Positions 31,084-42,318 of a stretch of DNA of 64,000 nucleotides are shown in pieces; the first letter of the stretch is position 1; the number at the start of each line of letters is the position of its first letter. Origin of the DNA: Ignavibacteriota bacterium. Its GTDB lineage: Bacteria > Bacteroidota > Ignavibacteria > UBA10030 > UBA6906. The notes beneath the pieces were generated by a model, which saw only the letters and a program-made list of their open reading frames with translations, was not told the origin of the DNA and did not search any database. Made by a program: the position numbers and the translations under genes. Location: the NCBI GenBank assembly GCA_963801355.1, contig CAWDEM010000004.1:1376001-1440000 (forward strand), given 5' to 3'.

Positions 31084-32040
31084 CTATATGTTGACGACGT
31101 TTCTTTTCTCCCCCCGTTGAAACGCTCTTATGTTCTCCGCCACTTCGTTCAATAGCCGGGCTCTGGCGGCAGTGCTGGCCCAGGCGAAGTGCGGAGTGAT
31201 CGAACAGTTCCTGGCCTGCAGGAGGGGTTCCGTCGCCGGCGGCGGTTCTTCCGGGAGGACATCCAATCCGGCTCCGGCGATGGAGCCGCTGTTCAGCGCC
31301 TCGGCGAGGGCATTGCTGTCCACCAGGGGTCCCCTGCTGGTGTTGATCAGATAGGCGGTGGGTTTCATCGAACGAAGTCGATCCCGGTTCACAAGCGCCA
31401 TCGTCGCGGGAGTCAACGGGCAATGGAGCGTGACGACATCGCTTGCCGTAAACAGCTCTTCGAGAGAGACCAGGCGAACCCCCTCAGGAGTCAGGCGGCT
31501 CGCAGCGGGGTCGTAGGCAATCACCTTCATACCGAACGCCAGTGCAATTCCGGCAACAGCGCTGCCGATGCGGCCGAGACCCACTATCCCGAGGACGAGT
31601 CCGGAGAGTTCCATCAACGGGGAATCCCAGAAGCTGAAGTCGGGATTTGACGTCCAGCGGCCGTTCCGCACGGCGGCCGTATGATGGGCCATGCCGTGCG
31701 TGAGGTTGAGGAGATGGGCAAAGACGACCTGTGCCACGGACATTGTGCCGTAGGCGGGGACGTTGGTGACCGGGATCCCCCGTTTCCCCGCCGCTTCCGT
31801 ATCAACGATATTGTAGCCGGTTGCCAGCACCCCGATGTAGCGGAGATCCGGAAGTGCATTGATGGACGCCCCGGAAATCGGAGTCTTGTTCGTCAGGAGC
31901 ACGTCGGCAAGGGCGCTGCGTCCGAGCACCTCGGAGGGTGCCGTCCGGTCAAATATGACGCAGTCGCCAAGAGTAAGCATGACATCCCAGCTGAGGTCGC
32001 CGGGGTTCAACGTATAGCCGTCGAGAATGACAATGCGCAT
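31084..32040 (-). CDS. D-2-hydroxyacid (glycerate-like) dehydrogenase
   Basis: [36 protein letters not shown]. Confidence 0.9.
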   Translation of the reverse strand: MRIVILDGYTLNPGDLSWDVMLTLGDCVIFDRTAPSEVLGRSALADVLLTNKTPISGASINALPDLRYIGVLATGYNIVDTEAAGKRGIPVTNVPAYGTMSVAQVVFAHLLNLTHGMAHHTAAVRNGRWTSNPDFSFWDSPLMELSGLVLGIVGLGRIGSAVAGIALAFGMKVIAYDPAASRLTPEGVRLVSLEELFTASDVVTLHCPLTPATMALVNRDRLRSMKPTAYLINTSRGPLVDSNALAEALNSGSIAGAGLDVLPEEPPPATEPLLQARNCSITPHFAWASTAARARLLNEVAENIRAFQRGEKRNVVNI

Positions 32041-32162
32041 GAAAGGACCTCCGGTCGGAGAGCGACTGCATGTCCGGAAGATACCACGAAATCCCGGAAA
32101 GTCAACACGGGAATACCCGGTATGGAATGCCCAGTGGAATGCCCTGTCTTGCACCCTGTGTG

Positions 32163-32191
32163 TTGCACTAGAGCCTCAACGTTCGTATATT
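32163..32191 (+). promoter_or_regulatory. Sigma70-type promoter for the carB operon
   Basis: TTGCAC-N17-TATATT. Confidence 0.6.
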
Positions 32192-32220
32192 TCATTCCGA
32201 CCATTACGGAATCCCGCTCG

Positions 32221-35200
32221 TTGCCCAAACGCACTGACCTCAATTCTATTCTCCTCATCGGGTCCGGCCCAATTGTTATCGGCCAGGCCTGCGAATTCGA
32301 TTATTCCGGTACACAAGCCTGCAAGGTCCTTCGCGAAGAGGGCTACCGCGTCATTCTGGTGAACAGCAACCCGGCCACGATCATGACCGATCCGGATATG
32401 GCGGATCGCACGTATATCGAGCCCATCACTCCCGAGTTCGTGGAAAAGATCATTGAGCGGGAAAGGCCGGACGCGTTGCTCCCGACAATGGGTGGGCAGA
32501 CCGCCCTGAACACTGCTGTCGCGCTGGCGGAAAGCGGCGTTCTGGCGCGCTACAATGTGGAGTTGATCGGTGCGAAACTGGAGGCGATCAGGAAAGCCGA
32601 AAACCGGGAGCTCTTCAAGGCCGCGATGGATACTGCCGGACTGGAGACGCCGAAGGGAGGGTTTGTCCGCTCGCTTGAAGAAGCCGCGGAGCTGGTCCAT
32701 CTGATTGGATTTCCCGTCATCATCCGGCCCTCATTCACGCTCGGGGGCACAGGTGGCGGTACCGTGTTGAATGCCGCCGAGTTTGAAGAAAAGGTGACCC
32801 ACGGTCTTGAAGCCAGTCCCATCCACGAAGTTCTCCTGGAAGAATCGATTATCGGCTGGAAGGAATTCGAGCTTGAGGTGATGCGTGACCTCAAGGATAA
32901 TGTGGTTATCATCTGCTCGATTGAGAATTTCGATCCCATGGGAGTTCACACCGGGGATTCCATCACGGTCGCACCCCAGCAGACACTGACCGACAAGGAA
33001 TATCAGGCGATGCGGGATGATGCGCTCAAGATCATCCGGGCGATTGGCGTGGAAACGGGAGGGTCGAATATCCAGTTCGCCGTGAACCCATCGAACGGTC
33101 GCCGCCTTGTGATCGAAATGAACCCCCGCGTTTCGAGATCATCAGCGCTTGCATCGAAGGCCACCGGTTTTGCAATCGCCAAGATTGCGGCCAAGCTCGC
33201 TGTGGGATATACGCTGGATGAGATTCCGAACGACATTACCAGGGTGACCCCGGCGTGTTTTGAACCCACCATCGACTACTGTGTGGTCAAGATCCCGCGC
33301 TGGGATTTCGAGAAGTTCCGCGGCGTGGATGAGGTGCTCGGTGTGCAGATGAAGTCGGTCGGAGAAGTCATGGCCTTCGGACGGACATTCCCGGAGGCGT
33401 TGCAAAAGGCCCTGCGTTCGTTGGAGCAGGGGAGATTTGGTCTGGGAGCGGATGGGAAGGACGTCATCGATGTCGCCACGCTCTCCGAGATGCAGCGTGA
33501 TCCCTGGCTCGCGCACGTGAAGGGATACCTCTCCCGGTCGCGGCCGGACAAGCTGTTCTATCTGCGCTATGCGATGCAGCTGGGGATGACCGACGAAGAG
33601 TTGTACGCGCTCACCGCCATTGATCCGTGGTTCCTGCAGAGTCTCCGTTCGATTCTTCGCGTCGAGGATGAGATCGCCGCAGCACGGTCGCTTGATCGCG
33701 ATCTTCTCTGGAAGGCGAAACGGTACGGGTTTTCCGACCGTCAGATAGCCTTTCTGCGGAAGGCCGACGAAAAGACCGTGCGCGCCGACCGCATTGCGAA
33801 GAAGGTCCTCCCGGTGTACAAGACGGTCGACACCTGCGGTGCCGAGTTCAAAGCCGAGACACCGTACTACTACTCGACGTATGAAGTCGAGAACGAATCG
33901 GAGCGATCGGATCGGAGGAAGGTGATTATCCTGGGGGGCGGCCCGAACCGTATCGGCCAGGGAATCGAATTTGACTACTGTTGCGTTCATGGGGTGATGG
34001 GTCTCGGGGAAGAGGGGTACGAGGCGATCATGGTGAACTGCAACCCTGAAACCGTCTCCACGGACTACGATACCACGGACAAGCTCTATTTCGAGCCGCT
34101 GACGCTCGAGGATGTGCTCAATATCTGCGATCTCGAGAAGCCTGTTGGCGTCATTGTCAGTTTCGGCGGACAGACGCCGCTGAAACTAGCCAAAGCGCTG
34201 GAAGCAAACGGGTACGCGATTCTGGGGACGTCTACTGAGGGTATTGACCTGGCCGAAGACCGGAAGCGGTTTGGAGCGCTTCTGGATGAGTTGAAGATTG
34301 CGTGCCCGGCCTACGGAACGGCTTCCACGATGGACGAAGCGCTTGCGGCCGCCCACCGGATCGGGTACCCTGTGCTTGTGCGTCCGTCATATGTACTCGG
34401 CGGACGGGCGATGGAAATCTGCTACAACGACGAAGGCCTCCAGGAGTACATGGGGAAGGCGGTGCATGTTTCACCCGAACATCCCATCCTGATTGATTGT
34501 TTCCTGGAAGACGCGTATGAATTCGATGTCGATGCGCTGTGCGACGGCAAGGATGTGTTCATCGGCGGCATTATGCAGCACATCGAGGAGGCGGGAATTC
34601 ATTCGGGCGACAGTGCCTGCGTTCTTCCTCCGTACGCGGTGAATCCTGTGCAACTGCACACGCTGGTGACGTATACCCGTCAACTGGCGCTGGGCGTACG
34701 GACGGTCGGACTTGTCAATATTCAATACGCCATGCAGAAGGGGGTGGTCTACGTACTGGAGGTGAACCCCCGGGCATCACGCACGACACCCTTCGTGAGC
34801 AAGGCGACGGGCATTCCGCTTGCAAAAATTGCGGCGAAGCTGAAAGTCGGACGGACGCTTGCAGAACTGGGCATCCATGGATACCCGTGGGCCAAGCATG
34901 TGTCCATCAAAGAGTCCGTCTTCCCGTTTCCGAAATTCCCTCAGGCGCGGCACTTCCTCGGCCCGGAAATGCGTTCGACGGGCGAGGTGATGGGGATTTC
35001 CGGCAGCTTCGGGGTGTCGTTCGCCAAGGCGTCCATGGCGGCCGGCACGAATCTCCCTGTGGCGGGAACGCTCTTCGTCAGCGTGAATGACAACGACAAG
35101 CAGATGAGGACGATCAACATTGTCCGCGCATATCTCCGTCTCGGATTCAACGTGATCGCGACGGAGGGAACATCCGCATTCCTCACCACGAACGGGATCC

Positions 35201-35547
35201 GCAACCGGCCGGTCCTGAAGGCCAGCGAAGGAACACTGAACATCATCGATATCATCAAGAATGGGTGGGTGCAGCTCATTATCAACACTCCGCTGGGTCA
35301 GGTGTCACGTCAGGACGAGCATGCGATCGGCCGGACGGCCTACGAGTACAGGGTGCCCTTCCTCACCACCCTCTCCGCGGCTGCCTCTGCAGCAAAGAGC
35401 ATTGAACAGTTGAAGAAGCAGGAGATGGAAGTGCGCACTATCCAGGAGTTCCATGAACTGGCCCGCCAGGGTGGTTCCGCCGCCCGTCTGGAGACCCTTG
35501 ACGATTGCACGCGGTTGGTTGAGTACATCAAATCCTTCCAGCTCTGA
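32221..35547 (+). CDS. carB: Carbamoyl-phosphate synthase large subunit (TTG start)
   Basis: [35 protein letters not shown], two ATP-grasp halves and an MGS domain. Confidence 0.97.
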   Translation: MPKRTDLNSILLIGSGPIVIGQACEFDYSGTQACKVLREEGYRVILVNSNPATIMTDPDMADRTYIEPITPEFVEKIIERERPDALLPTMGGQTALNTAVALAESGVLARYNVELIGAKLEAIRKAENRELFKAAMDTAGLETPKGGFVRSLEEAAELVHLIGFPVIIRPSFTLGGTGGGTVLNAAEFEEKVTHGLEASPIHEVLLEESIIGWKEFELEVMRDLKDNVVIICSIENFDPMGVHTGDSITVAPQQTLTDKEYQAMRDDALKIIRAIGVETGGSNIQFAVNPSNGRRLVIEMNPRVSRSSALASKATGFAIAKIAAKLAVGYTLDEIPNDITRVTPACFEPTIDYCVVKIPRWDFEKFRGVDEVLGVQMKSVGEVMAFGRTFPEALQKALRSLEQGRFGLGADGKDVIDVATLSEMQRDPWLAHVKGYLSRSRPDKLFYLRYAMQLGMTDEELYALTAIDPWFLQSLRSILRVEDEIAAARSLDRDLLWKAKRYGFSDRQIAFLRKADEKTVRADRIAKKVLPVYKTVDTCGAEFKAETPYYYSTYEVENESERSDRRKVIILGGGPNRIGQGIEFDYCCVHGVMGLGEEGYEAIMVNCNPETVSTDYDTTDKLYFEPLTLEDVLNICDLEKPVGVIVSFGGQTPLKLAKALEANGYAILGTSTEGIDLAEDRKRFGALLDELKIACPAYGTASTMDEALAAAHRIGYPVLVRPSYVLGGRAMEICYNDEGLQEYMGKAVHVSPEHPILIDCFLEDAYEFDVDALCDGKDVFIGGIMQHIEEAGIHSGDSACVLPPYAVNPVQLHTLVTYTRQLALGVRTVGLVNIQYAMQKGVVYVLEVNPRASRTTPFVSKATGIPLAKIAAKLKVGRTLAELGIHGYPWAKHVSIKESVFPFPKFPQARHFLGPEMRSTGEVMGISGSFGVSFAKASMAAGTNLPVAGTLFVSVNDNDKQMRTINIVRAYLRLGFNVIATEGTSAFLTTNGIRNRPVLKASEGTLNIIDIIKNGWVQLIINTPLGQVSRQDEHAIGRTAYEYRVPFLTTLSAAASAAKSIEQLKKQEMEVRTIQEFHELARQGGSAARLETLDDCTRLVEYIKSFQL

Positions 35548-35555
35548 TTCCCACC

Positions 35556-37388
35556 ATGGCCCGCCAGCCCACCTATATTCTGGGGATTTCCTGCTTCTAC
35601 CATGATGCCGCCGCCGCCCTCGTGCGCGACGGCATTGTGATTGCCGCCGCACAGGAAGAACGCTTTTCCCGCAAGAAGCACGACTTTGGCTTTCCCGCGG
35701 GTGCCATTGACTTCTGCCTCACGCACGGCGGCATCACGGCATCTGATCTCGCCGCCGTAGTGTTCTATGACAAGCCTCTGTTGAAGTTCGAGCGAATACT
35801 CGAAACGTATCTTGCCTATGCACCCCGCGGCCTGCGTTCGTTCCTCATGGCCATGCCGTTGTGGCTCAAAGAAAAGCTCTGGATTCCCTCGTTGATCCGG
35901 GAGGCCCTCGCATACGATGGCCCGTTGCTCTTTACCGAGCACCATGAGGCGCACGCCGCTTCGGCGTTCTTTCCGTCACCCTTCCTCCGCGCTGCCATTC
36001 TCACGATGGATGGCGTCGGCGAGTGGGCGACGACGAGCTATGGAACCGGCGATGGGAACCGTATTACTCTTCTCGGCGAACTCCATTTCCCGCATTCGCC
36101 CGGACTTCTGTACTCCGCCTTCACGTACTTCACCGGATTCAAGGTCAATTCAGCGGAATACAAGGTGATGGGGCTTGCGCCCTTCGGCGAGCCAAGGTAC
36201 GTCAACACCATCTATGAACATCTGATCGATCTGAAAGAAGACGGGTCGTTCAAGATGAATATGGAATATTTTGACTATTGCGCAGGCCTCACGATGACCG
36301 GCCCGGGATTCGCGGAGTTGTTCGGGGGACCGCCGCGCCGGCCGGAATCTCCCCTGACGCAGCGCGAGATGGATCTTGCGTGTTCACTGCAGGTCGTGAC
36401 CGAAGAAATCATGCTTCGCATGACCCGGCACGTACACAGGGAGACGGGGGAAAAGAACCTGGTACTTGCAGGAGGTGTTGCGCTCAACTGCGTCGGCAAT
36501 GGCAGGATACTCCGCGAAGGACCGTTCGATGACCTGTGGATCCAGCCGGCGGCAGGAGACGCAGGCGGGGCTCTGGGGGCGGCCCTCTTTGGCTGGTATT
36601 CGTACTGTGACAACCCGCGCACGGCGCCGGGGGGCAAGGACGCCCAACAGGGGTCGTTCCTCGGACCGGAGTTCAGCGATGGTGAGATTGAAGAGACTCT
36701 CAAGACATTCCGCGCGGTGTACCGGCGGGTTGACCGGCAGACACTGCCCGCACACGTTGCGGCATTGATTGCATCGGAGAAGGTGATCGGATGGTTCCAG
36801 GGACGGATGGAATTCGGGCCGAGGGCACTCGGTGCACGCAGCATTATTGGTGACGCCCGTTCGCCGGCGATGCAGTCGGTGATGAACCTGAAAATCAAAT
36901 TCCGGGAATCGTTCCGTCCGTTTGCACCGGCGGTGCTTGCGGAGAAGGCGTCAACATGCTTTGCACTGGATCATGCGAGCCCCTACATGCTGCTGGTCGC
37001 GCCCGTACGCGATGAATTGCAGATACGCATGTCCGGGGAACAGGAGCGCTTGTTCGGGATTGACAAACTGCATGTTGCGCGGTCCACGATACCTGCAGTC
37101 ACGCACGTCGACTACTCCGCCCGGATTCAGACGGTGGCACGGGAGGATCATCCACTCTATTATGACATGATCAAAGCCTTTGAGGAGCGCACCGGATGCC
37201 CGGTGATCATCAACACGTCGTTCAATGTCCGCGGCGAACCGATCGTGTGCCGGCCGGAGGAAGCATACCGTTGCTTCATGCGCACGGAGATGGATTACCT
37301 CGTGATCGGGAGCTTTGTGTTGAACAAAGCAGAACAGCCGTCACTGGAGGAAGAGGGTGACTGGAAGAAGGAGTTCACGCTTGATTGA
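35556..37388 (+). CDS. O-carbamoyltransferase, NodU/CmcH/SxtI family
   Basis: YHDAAAAL, EHHEAHAAS, GGVALNC, EFGPRALG, KFRESFRPFAP, NTSFN. Confidence 0.93.
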   Translation: MARQPTYILGISCFYHDAAAALVRDGIVIAAAQEERFSRKKHDFGFPAGAIDFCLTHGGITASDLAAVVFYDKPLLKFERILETYLAYAPRGLRSFLMAMPLWLKEKLWIPSLIREALAYDGPLLFTEHHEAHAASAFFPSPFLRAAILTMDGVGEWATTSYGTGDGNRITLLGELHFPHSPGLLYSAFTYFTGFKVNSAEYKVMGLAPFGEPRYVNTIYEHLIDLKEDGSFKMNMEYFDYCAGLTMTGPGFAELFGGPPRRPESPLTQREMDLACSLQVVTEEIMLRMTRHVHRETGEKNLVLAGGVALNCVGNGRILREGPFDDLWIQPAAGDAGGALGAALFGWYSYCDNPRTAPGGKDAQQGSFLGPEFSDGEIEETLKTFRAVYRRVDRQTLPAHVAALIASEKVIGWFQGRMEFGPRALGARSIIGDARSPAMQSVMNLKIKFRESFRPFAPAVLAEKASTCFALDHASPYMLLVAPVRDELQIRMSGEQERLFGIDKLHVARSTIPAVTHVDYSARIQTVAREDHPLYYDMIKAFEERTGCPVIINTSFNVRGEPIVCRPEEAYRCFMRTEMDYLVIGSFVLNKAEQPSLEEEGDWKKEFTLD

Positions 37389-37785
37389 GAAGCCCAAAGC
37401 AGGACGTGGAGAAATCCGCAGATTCGGGATCCTATTCGCGGTCCTGAGTGCCCTGGCGGGCGTGTTCATGCTCTGGAAGGGCAGCAGGGAGATGTGGATC
37501 CCCTTCATGCTTGCTGCTGTCTTCCTGTTGACCGGGCTGGTGTTACCCTCGGTGCTCAGGCCGTTCTATGTGGCCTGGATGCGGTTCGCATTCATCCTTG
37601 CATGGATCAATACGCATCTGCTTCTTTCGGTGTTCTACTTCCTGATCCTGACGCCGATCGGTGTTGTCATGCGGCTGCTGGGGAAAGACGTTCTGGGGAA
37701 GAAGATGGATCGTTCAGCGGCAACCTATTGGGTGAAGCGAAACCCCGAGCCCAATGCAAAAGAAAGTTACCGGCACCTCTTCTGA
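37381..37785 (+). CDS. SxtJ-family membrane protein
   Basis: RRFG..W..L.WIN..LL..FY.L..TPIG..MR..GKD pattern; overlaps the carbamoyltransferase stop. Confidence 0.8.
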   Translation: MIEKPKAGRGEIRRFGILFAVLSALAGVFMLWKGSREMWIPFMLAAVFLLTGLVLPSVLRPFYVAWMRFAFILAWINTHLLLSVFYFLILTPIGVVMRLLGKDVLGKKMDRSAATYWVKRNPEPNAKESYRHLF

Positions 37786-37794
37786 AGAGGCATC

Positions 37795-37968
37795 ATGAAA
37801 AAACATTCGACTTCCCGTCTCTCCATTCTTGCGGAACTCTGGGCATTCATGAAGGTGCGCAAGAAGTGGTGGCTGGGACCTATTCTCGTGATGTTGCTGT
37901 TGCTCAGCCTGCTCATCGTGTTAACGCAGGGATCGGCACTGGCGCCGTTCATTTACACGCTGTTCTAA
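37795..37968 (+). CDS. SxtK/DUF5989-like 57-aa membrane protein, absent from the ORF track
   Basis: MKKHSTSRLSILAELWAFMKVRKKWWLGPILVMLLLLSLLIVLTQGSALAPFIYTLF; GAGG RBS. Confidence 0.88.
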   Translation: MKKHSTSRLSILAELWAFMKVRKKWWLGPILVMLLLLSLLIVLTQGSALAPFIYTLF

Positions 37969-38749
37969 GAAATTGCAGAAGATGCGTGTTCGCCTCATCC
38001 GGGTTTTCCAGCGGGCTCATGTGAGCCGCATCCGGAATAATGTGCAGCACGGAACCTGGAATCCGCTCGTGCATTGCGCGTGAAGCTTCGGGAGGCGTGA
38101 TAAGATCCTGCATTCCCACCATGATCAACGTGGGGATGGCGATCGAACCAAGTGACGCCGTGGTGTCTGTGCGTGCAGCGAGCGCCAGCAGCGTGGCGGC
38201 GATGGCCCGGGGAGGCGTCCGGGCCATGATCTCCCGGACCATCGCGACGTCCGCAGGAATGCGGCGGAACGATTCCGGGGCGAAAATCTTTTTCTCGAAA
38301 TCTGCAGCAAACGCCGGCGCACCGCGCAGTGTGACGTCAGCCATAGCCTTTGCGCGGCTCAAGCGTCCTTCGTTGGTGTCGGCCTCACTCCGGGTGTCGC
38401 AGAGGACTGCGGCGACAAACCGGCCGGGGTCGCGTTCGAGTGCCCGCAGGACAATATAGCCTCCCATCGACAATCCGACGATCGCCGCTTGCGCTATTTG
38501 GAGGCTGTCCATGAGGGAAATGAGATCATCCACGTGACGTTCAACAGTGATCAGTCCGTCGCCCGCGGAACTCTCCCCGAGCCCGCGTACGTCATAGGCG
38601 ATGCAACGGAATTCTTTTGCGACCAAGGGCAATTGATGGTGCCACATGGCATGGCTGAACGGGAAACCGTGCACGAAAATGACAGGCTGTGCCGAAGGGT
38701 TTCCCGATTCCAGCACATTGATGAGGGCATTGTTGAGGGCCAGTTTCAT
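37949..38749 (-). CDS. Alpha/beta hydrolase (PcaD enol-lactonase-like)
   Basis: HGFPF, GLSMGG, GMQD, AHMSPLE. Confidence 0.88.
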   Translation of the reverse strand: MKLALNNALINVLESGNPSAQPVIFVHGFPFSHAMWHHQLPLVAKEFRCIAYDVRGLGESSAGDGLITVERHVDDLISLMDSLQIAQAAIVGLSMGGYIVLRALERDPGRFVAAVLCDTRSEADTNEGRLSRAKAMADVTLRGAPAFAADFEKKIFAPESFRRIPADVAMVREIMARTPPRAIAATLLALAARTDTTASLGSIAIPTLIMVGMQDLITPPEASRAMHERIPGSVLHIIPDAAHMSPLENPDEANTHLLQFLRTACK

Positions 38750-38848
38750 CCGTGCGTTCCTCCTGTGAGAGCGTCGTTGTGCGTAAAGTAGTGATTTTTA
38801 CGGCGGGAATCCCGTAGCTCCGCCCTCGTGGTTCCGCCGATCGCCGGC

Positions 38849-38877
38849 TTGAAAGTCCTGCGATTGAATGGTATCTT
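38849..38877 (+). promoter_or_regulatory. Sigma70-type promoter for the M20 dipeptidase
   Basis: TTGAAA-N17-TATCTT. Confidence 0.55.
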
Positions 38878-38902
38878 CTACAGTCAACAAAGGATCCGTG
38901 AA

Positions 38903-40288
38903 ATGAATTCCGTTCTCGACTACATCGACGGTAATACTGACCGCTACATACGGGAGCTGGGGGACCTCCTTGCCATCCCCAGCGTGAGCACAGATCCCGG
39001 CTGCTTCCCGGACATCAAGCGGTGCTCGGAGTGGTTGGCCGATCACATGCGGGGGATCGGTCTGCTCAACGTACAGATCATGCCGACACCCGGACATCCG
39101 GTTGTCTATGCCGAGTGGTTGGGGGCACCGGGCAAGCCGACGGTTCTGATTTACGGTCACTATGACGTACAGCCTCCCGAACCGCTCGAACTCTGGACGT
39201 CGCCACCCTTCCAGGCGACGGTCCGCGGAGACGATCTCTTTGCACGGGGATCCTCGGACGACAAGGGGCAGACGTTCATTCACCTGAAGGCCGTTGAGGC
39301 GTACCTCAAGACGCAGGGCGCGTTGCCGGTCAATGTCAAGTTTCTGATCGAGGGTGAGGAAGAAATCGGAAGCGAGCATCTGGAAGGGTTCGTGCGCGAA
39401 CATGCGGCAATGCTCTCCGCGGATGTCGTGCTTGTCTCGGATTCTTCTATGTTCGCGAAGGGCGTCCCATCCATCTGCTACGGACTGCGCGGTCTGGCCT
39501 ACATGCAGATCGACCTGACGGGACCCAGCCGTGACCTCCATTCCGGTTCGTACGGAGGTTCGGTACTCAATCCGATTCAGGCACTCGCAGAAATCATCGC
39601 ACATCTTCATGACAAGAACGGACGTGTAACGGTCAAGGGCTTCTACGACGACGTTCGGAAGCTCTCGCTGAAGGAACGCAAGGCGTACAAGAAGCTGCCC
39701 TGGAGCGACGCCAGATATGCCCGTGACCTGGGCGTGCGGGAGTTGTACGGTGAAAAGGGGTTCACGACACTTGAGCGGCTCTGGGCGCGCCCCACGCTGG
39801 AATGCAATGGCATCTGGGGCGGATTCACCGGGGAAGGTGCCAAAACGGTCCTCCCGTCACGGGCCTCCGCCAAGATATCGATGCGTCTTGTGCCGGATCA
39901 GTCGTCGTCAAAGGCGGCACGCTTGTTCGAACGGCACATCAGAAGGATCGTACCGAAGGGGGTACAGGTGAAGGTGCGGTCGCTTCACGGAGGGGAACCG
40001 GTGATCACCTCCATGGAGAGTCCCGGTGTACGTGCAGCCATTGCCGCACTTAAGCGCGGCTTCGGCAAGAAACCGCTCTACCAGCGGGATGGTGGTTCCA
40101 TTCCCATTGTGGTGCAGTTCAAGAAACTCCTCAAGATCGATACGGTCCTTCTCGGTTTCGGACTTCCCGATGAGAATGCGCACGCCCCCGATGAATTTCT
40201 CCATCTGCCGAATTTCTTCGGCGGCATCCGGACCGTTGCGCACTTTTTTGAGATTCTTCCGGGAATGTCGCGAAAGCCGAAAGCGTGA
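38903..40288 (+). CDS. M20 family dipeptidase
   Basis: YGHYDVQP, RGSSDDKG, EGEEEIGS, DLHSG, NAHAPDE. Confidence 0.92.
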   Translation: MNSVLDYIDGNTDRYIRELGDLLAIPSVSTDPGCFPDIKRCSEWLADHMRGIGLLNVQIMPTPGHPVVYAEWLGAPGKPTVLIYGHYDVQPPEPLELWTSPPFQATVRGDDLFARGSSDDKGQTFIHLKAVEAYLKTQGALPVNVKFLIEGEEEIGSEHLEGFVREHAAMLSADVVLVSDSSMFAKGVPSICYGLRGLAYMQIDLTGPSRDLHSGSYGGSVLNPIQALAEIIAHLHDKNGRVTVKGFYDDVRKLSLKERKAYKKLPWSDARYARDLGVRELYGEKGFTTLERLWARPTLECNGIWGGFTGEGAKTVLPSRASAKISMRLVPDQSSSKAARLFERHIRRIVPKGVQVKVRSLHGGEPVITSMESPGVRAAIAALKRGFGKKPLYQRDGGSIPIVVQFKKLLKIDTVLLGFGLPDENAHAPDEFLHLPNFFGGIRTVAHFFEILPGMSRKPKA

Positions 40289-41292
40289 CGACGCGTCGAA
40301 ACAGACTCCGTGTCAATCTCCTTATCCACGTGCATACGGCCGGACTACGCCATGATATCCTGGTGTGGCGGCGGGCCATGCAGGCAAGCGGTGTGGAGGG
40401 GACCATCACCGCGTTCCATCCACGATGGCAGCACCGGGTACTTCGTGCCGTTCGTAAACTCAGAGGTCGGATTTCCTCCCGGCCCCCCTTCGACGTGAAT
40501 ATTTTCGCTGAAGATATCGATGAGAGCTGGTGTTCTCTTGCACGCGTGAATGTGTTCGTTCCTCACCAGGAGTGGACGTTCGATGACCTCCGTGCCAAAG
40601 TTCCCCTGATGGACTATGTGTTCTGCAAGACTCATTATGCTGAACGGCTATTCAGCGCAATCGGTGCGAACGTCCGCTATATCGGCTTCTCCAGTCTTGA
40701 TCGATGTGATCCCGCGGTGAAGAAAGACTACGGCCAATTCCTGCACGTGGCAGGTTCAAGCCATCAGAAGGGAACCAGTACAGTCAACGAAGTCTGGCTG
40801 CGCCATCCCGAGTGGCCGCGGCTTACCCTGTGCGCCTATGACCCACCCGTGGCGCTGGTTCCTGCTTCGAACATCACCACAGTGACCACGTACCTCGAGG
40901 AAACCGCAGTCCGCCGCATGCAAAATGCCATAGGGATCCATCTCTGCCCTTCGGAGACCGAGGGTTTCGGGCACTACATTGTGGAAGCCATGAGCACCGG
41001 CGCGTGCATTGTGACGACCGATGCCCCGCCGATGAACGAGCTCGTCGGGCCGGATCGCGGGGTACTCGCGGGATACGCCCGGACAGAACCACGGGCGATG
41101 GGGACCAACTTCTATGTCGGTCCGGAGGAACTGGAGCGCGCGGTGGATCGCCTTCTCGGGATGGACGAAGCGGCGCGGCGGACCCTCGGTGAAAATGCAA
41201 AAGCGTGGTTCCACACCAACGACCGGGAATTTCTCGCACGGTTCCGCGACACTCTCATGGATGTCGCGACGTCGAAAAGGAAAATACAATGA
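40285..41292 (+). CDS. GT4-like glycosyltransferase
   Basis: CPSETEGFGHYIVEAM, TDAPPMNEL. Confidence 0.82.
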   Translation: MTTRRNRLRVNLLIHVHTAGLRHDILVWRRAMQASGVEGTITAFHPRWQHRVLRAVRKLRGRISSRPPFDVNIFAEDIDESWCSLARVNVFVPHQEWTFDDLRAKVPLMDYVFCKTHYAERLFSAIGANVRYIGFSSLDRCDPAVKKDYGQFLHVAGSSHQKGTSTVNEVWLRHPEWPRLTLCAYDPPVALVPASNITTVTTYLEETAVRRMQNAIGIHLCPSETEGFGHYIVEAMSTGACIVTTDAPPMNELVGPDRGVLAGYARTEPRAMGTNFYVGPEELERAVDRLLGMDEAARRTLGENAKAWFHTNDREFLARFRDTLMDVATSKRKIQ

Positions 41293-42314
41293 AGACACTG
41301 CCGGATGGATTTGCATCGGTAACCCAGCTTGAACAATTCATGTCAACCCCCTCGGAATCTCTCGTTGAGTATGTCAGGGGTCTGGCAGGCGACATTATGA
41401 TCGTAGGTGCCGGCGGCAAAATAGGTCCCACGATGGCGATGATGGCCGCAAGGGCAATAGAGAAAGCCCGCGTGCAGAAGAAGGTATATGCCGTCGATGT
41501 TCAGGCACTGAAATTCCCGGAGGCAAAAGGAATTTCGACTCTGCAGTGTGATTTGCTCGACCGCAAGGCTGTGGACCGGCTCCCTCAAGTCGAAAATATC
41601 GTGTATATGGCAGGCAGGAAGTTCGGTTCAAGCGGCAGCGAATGGCTCACCTGGGCCATTAATGTCATGGTTCCCCACAATGTGGCAGAAGGGTGCAAGA
41701 ATTCCAGGATTGCAGTGTTCTCAACAGGCTGCGTGTATCCGGTGGTGGATGTCTCTACCGGAGGCTCCGTCGAAACAGATGCAACGTGTCCGATTGGCGA
41801 ATATGCGATGAGTTGTCTTGGGAGAGAAAGGATTTTCGACTATTATGCCGCGGAAAAGGGCACAAAAGTGGTCCAGATTCGCCTGAATTACGCCCTTGAA
41901 CTGAGGTACGGAGTCCTGGTCGACATTGCCAGGAAAGTCTATAATGACGAACCGGTTGACGTGACGACAGGGTTCATGAATGGCATATGGCAAGGGGATT
42001 GTTGTGATCAGGTCTTGCGGAGCTTTGATTGTGCAACAAGTCCAAGTTCAAGCCTGAACATCACAGGGCCGGAACTGGTCTCCGTACGATGGATCGCAAC
42101 CAGGTTTGGCCAGCTTTTCGGCAAACCGGCCAGGATCGCAGGCCTTGAAAACGGCAAGGCGTACCTCAGCAATGCCTCAAAGGCAAATTCTCTCTTTGGA
42201 AATCCCTCAGTCCCTATCGGTAAGATCATCGAATGGATTGCCGGCTGGATCCAGCGAGGGGGGGAGAGCCTCGGCAAACCCACCCATTTTGAAACTCAGG
42301 ATGGGAAATACTGA
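41289..42314 (+). CDS. Atypical NAD-dependent epimerase/dehydratase (SDR)
   Basis: GAGGKIG, FSTGCVY, EYAMSC instead of YxxxK, RLNYA. Confidence 0.8.
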   Translation: MKTLPDGFASVTQLEQFMSTPSESLVEYVRGLAGDIMIVGAGGKIGPTMAMMAARAIEKARVQKKVYAVDVQALKFPEAKGISTLQCDLLDRKAVDRLPQVENIVYMAGRKFGSSGSEWLTWAINVMVPHNVAEGCKNSRIAVFSTGCVYPVVDVSTGGSVETDATCPIGEYAMSCLGRERIFDYYAAEKGTKVVQIRLNYALELRYGVLVDIARKVYNDEPVDVTTGFMNGIWQGDCCDQVLRSFDCATSPSSSLNITGPELVSVRWIATRFGQLFGKPARIAGLENGKAYLSNASKANSLFGNPSVPIGKIIEWIAGWIQRGGESLGKPTHFETQDGKY

Positions 42315-42318
42315 GGGT

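Noticed and set aside
30809-31120. 103-aa ORF in frame after the cstA TGA as a Sec-readthrough extension
   Set aside because: The sequence is not protein-like, overlaps the convergent gene, and GCC looks like a natural terminus.
31681-32220. N-terminal 180 aa of the 1288-aa carB ORF
   Set aside because: It is antisense to the dehydrogenase gene; the promoter at 32163 and the conserved PKRTD place the start at 32221.
35556-37968. Saxitoxin gene cluster
   Set aside because: Only the widespread I/J/K-like triad is present; no sxtA, sxtG or other core genes.
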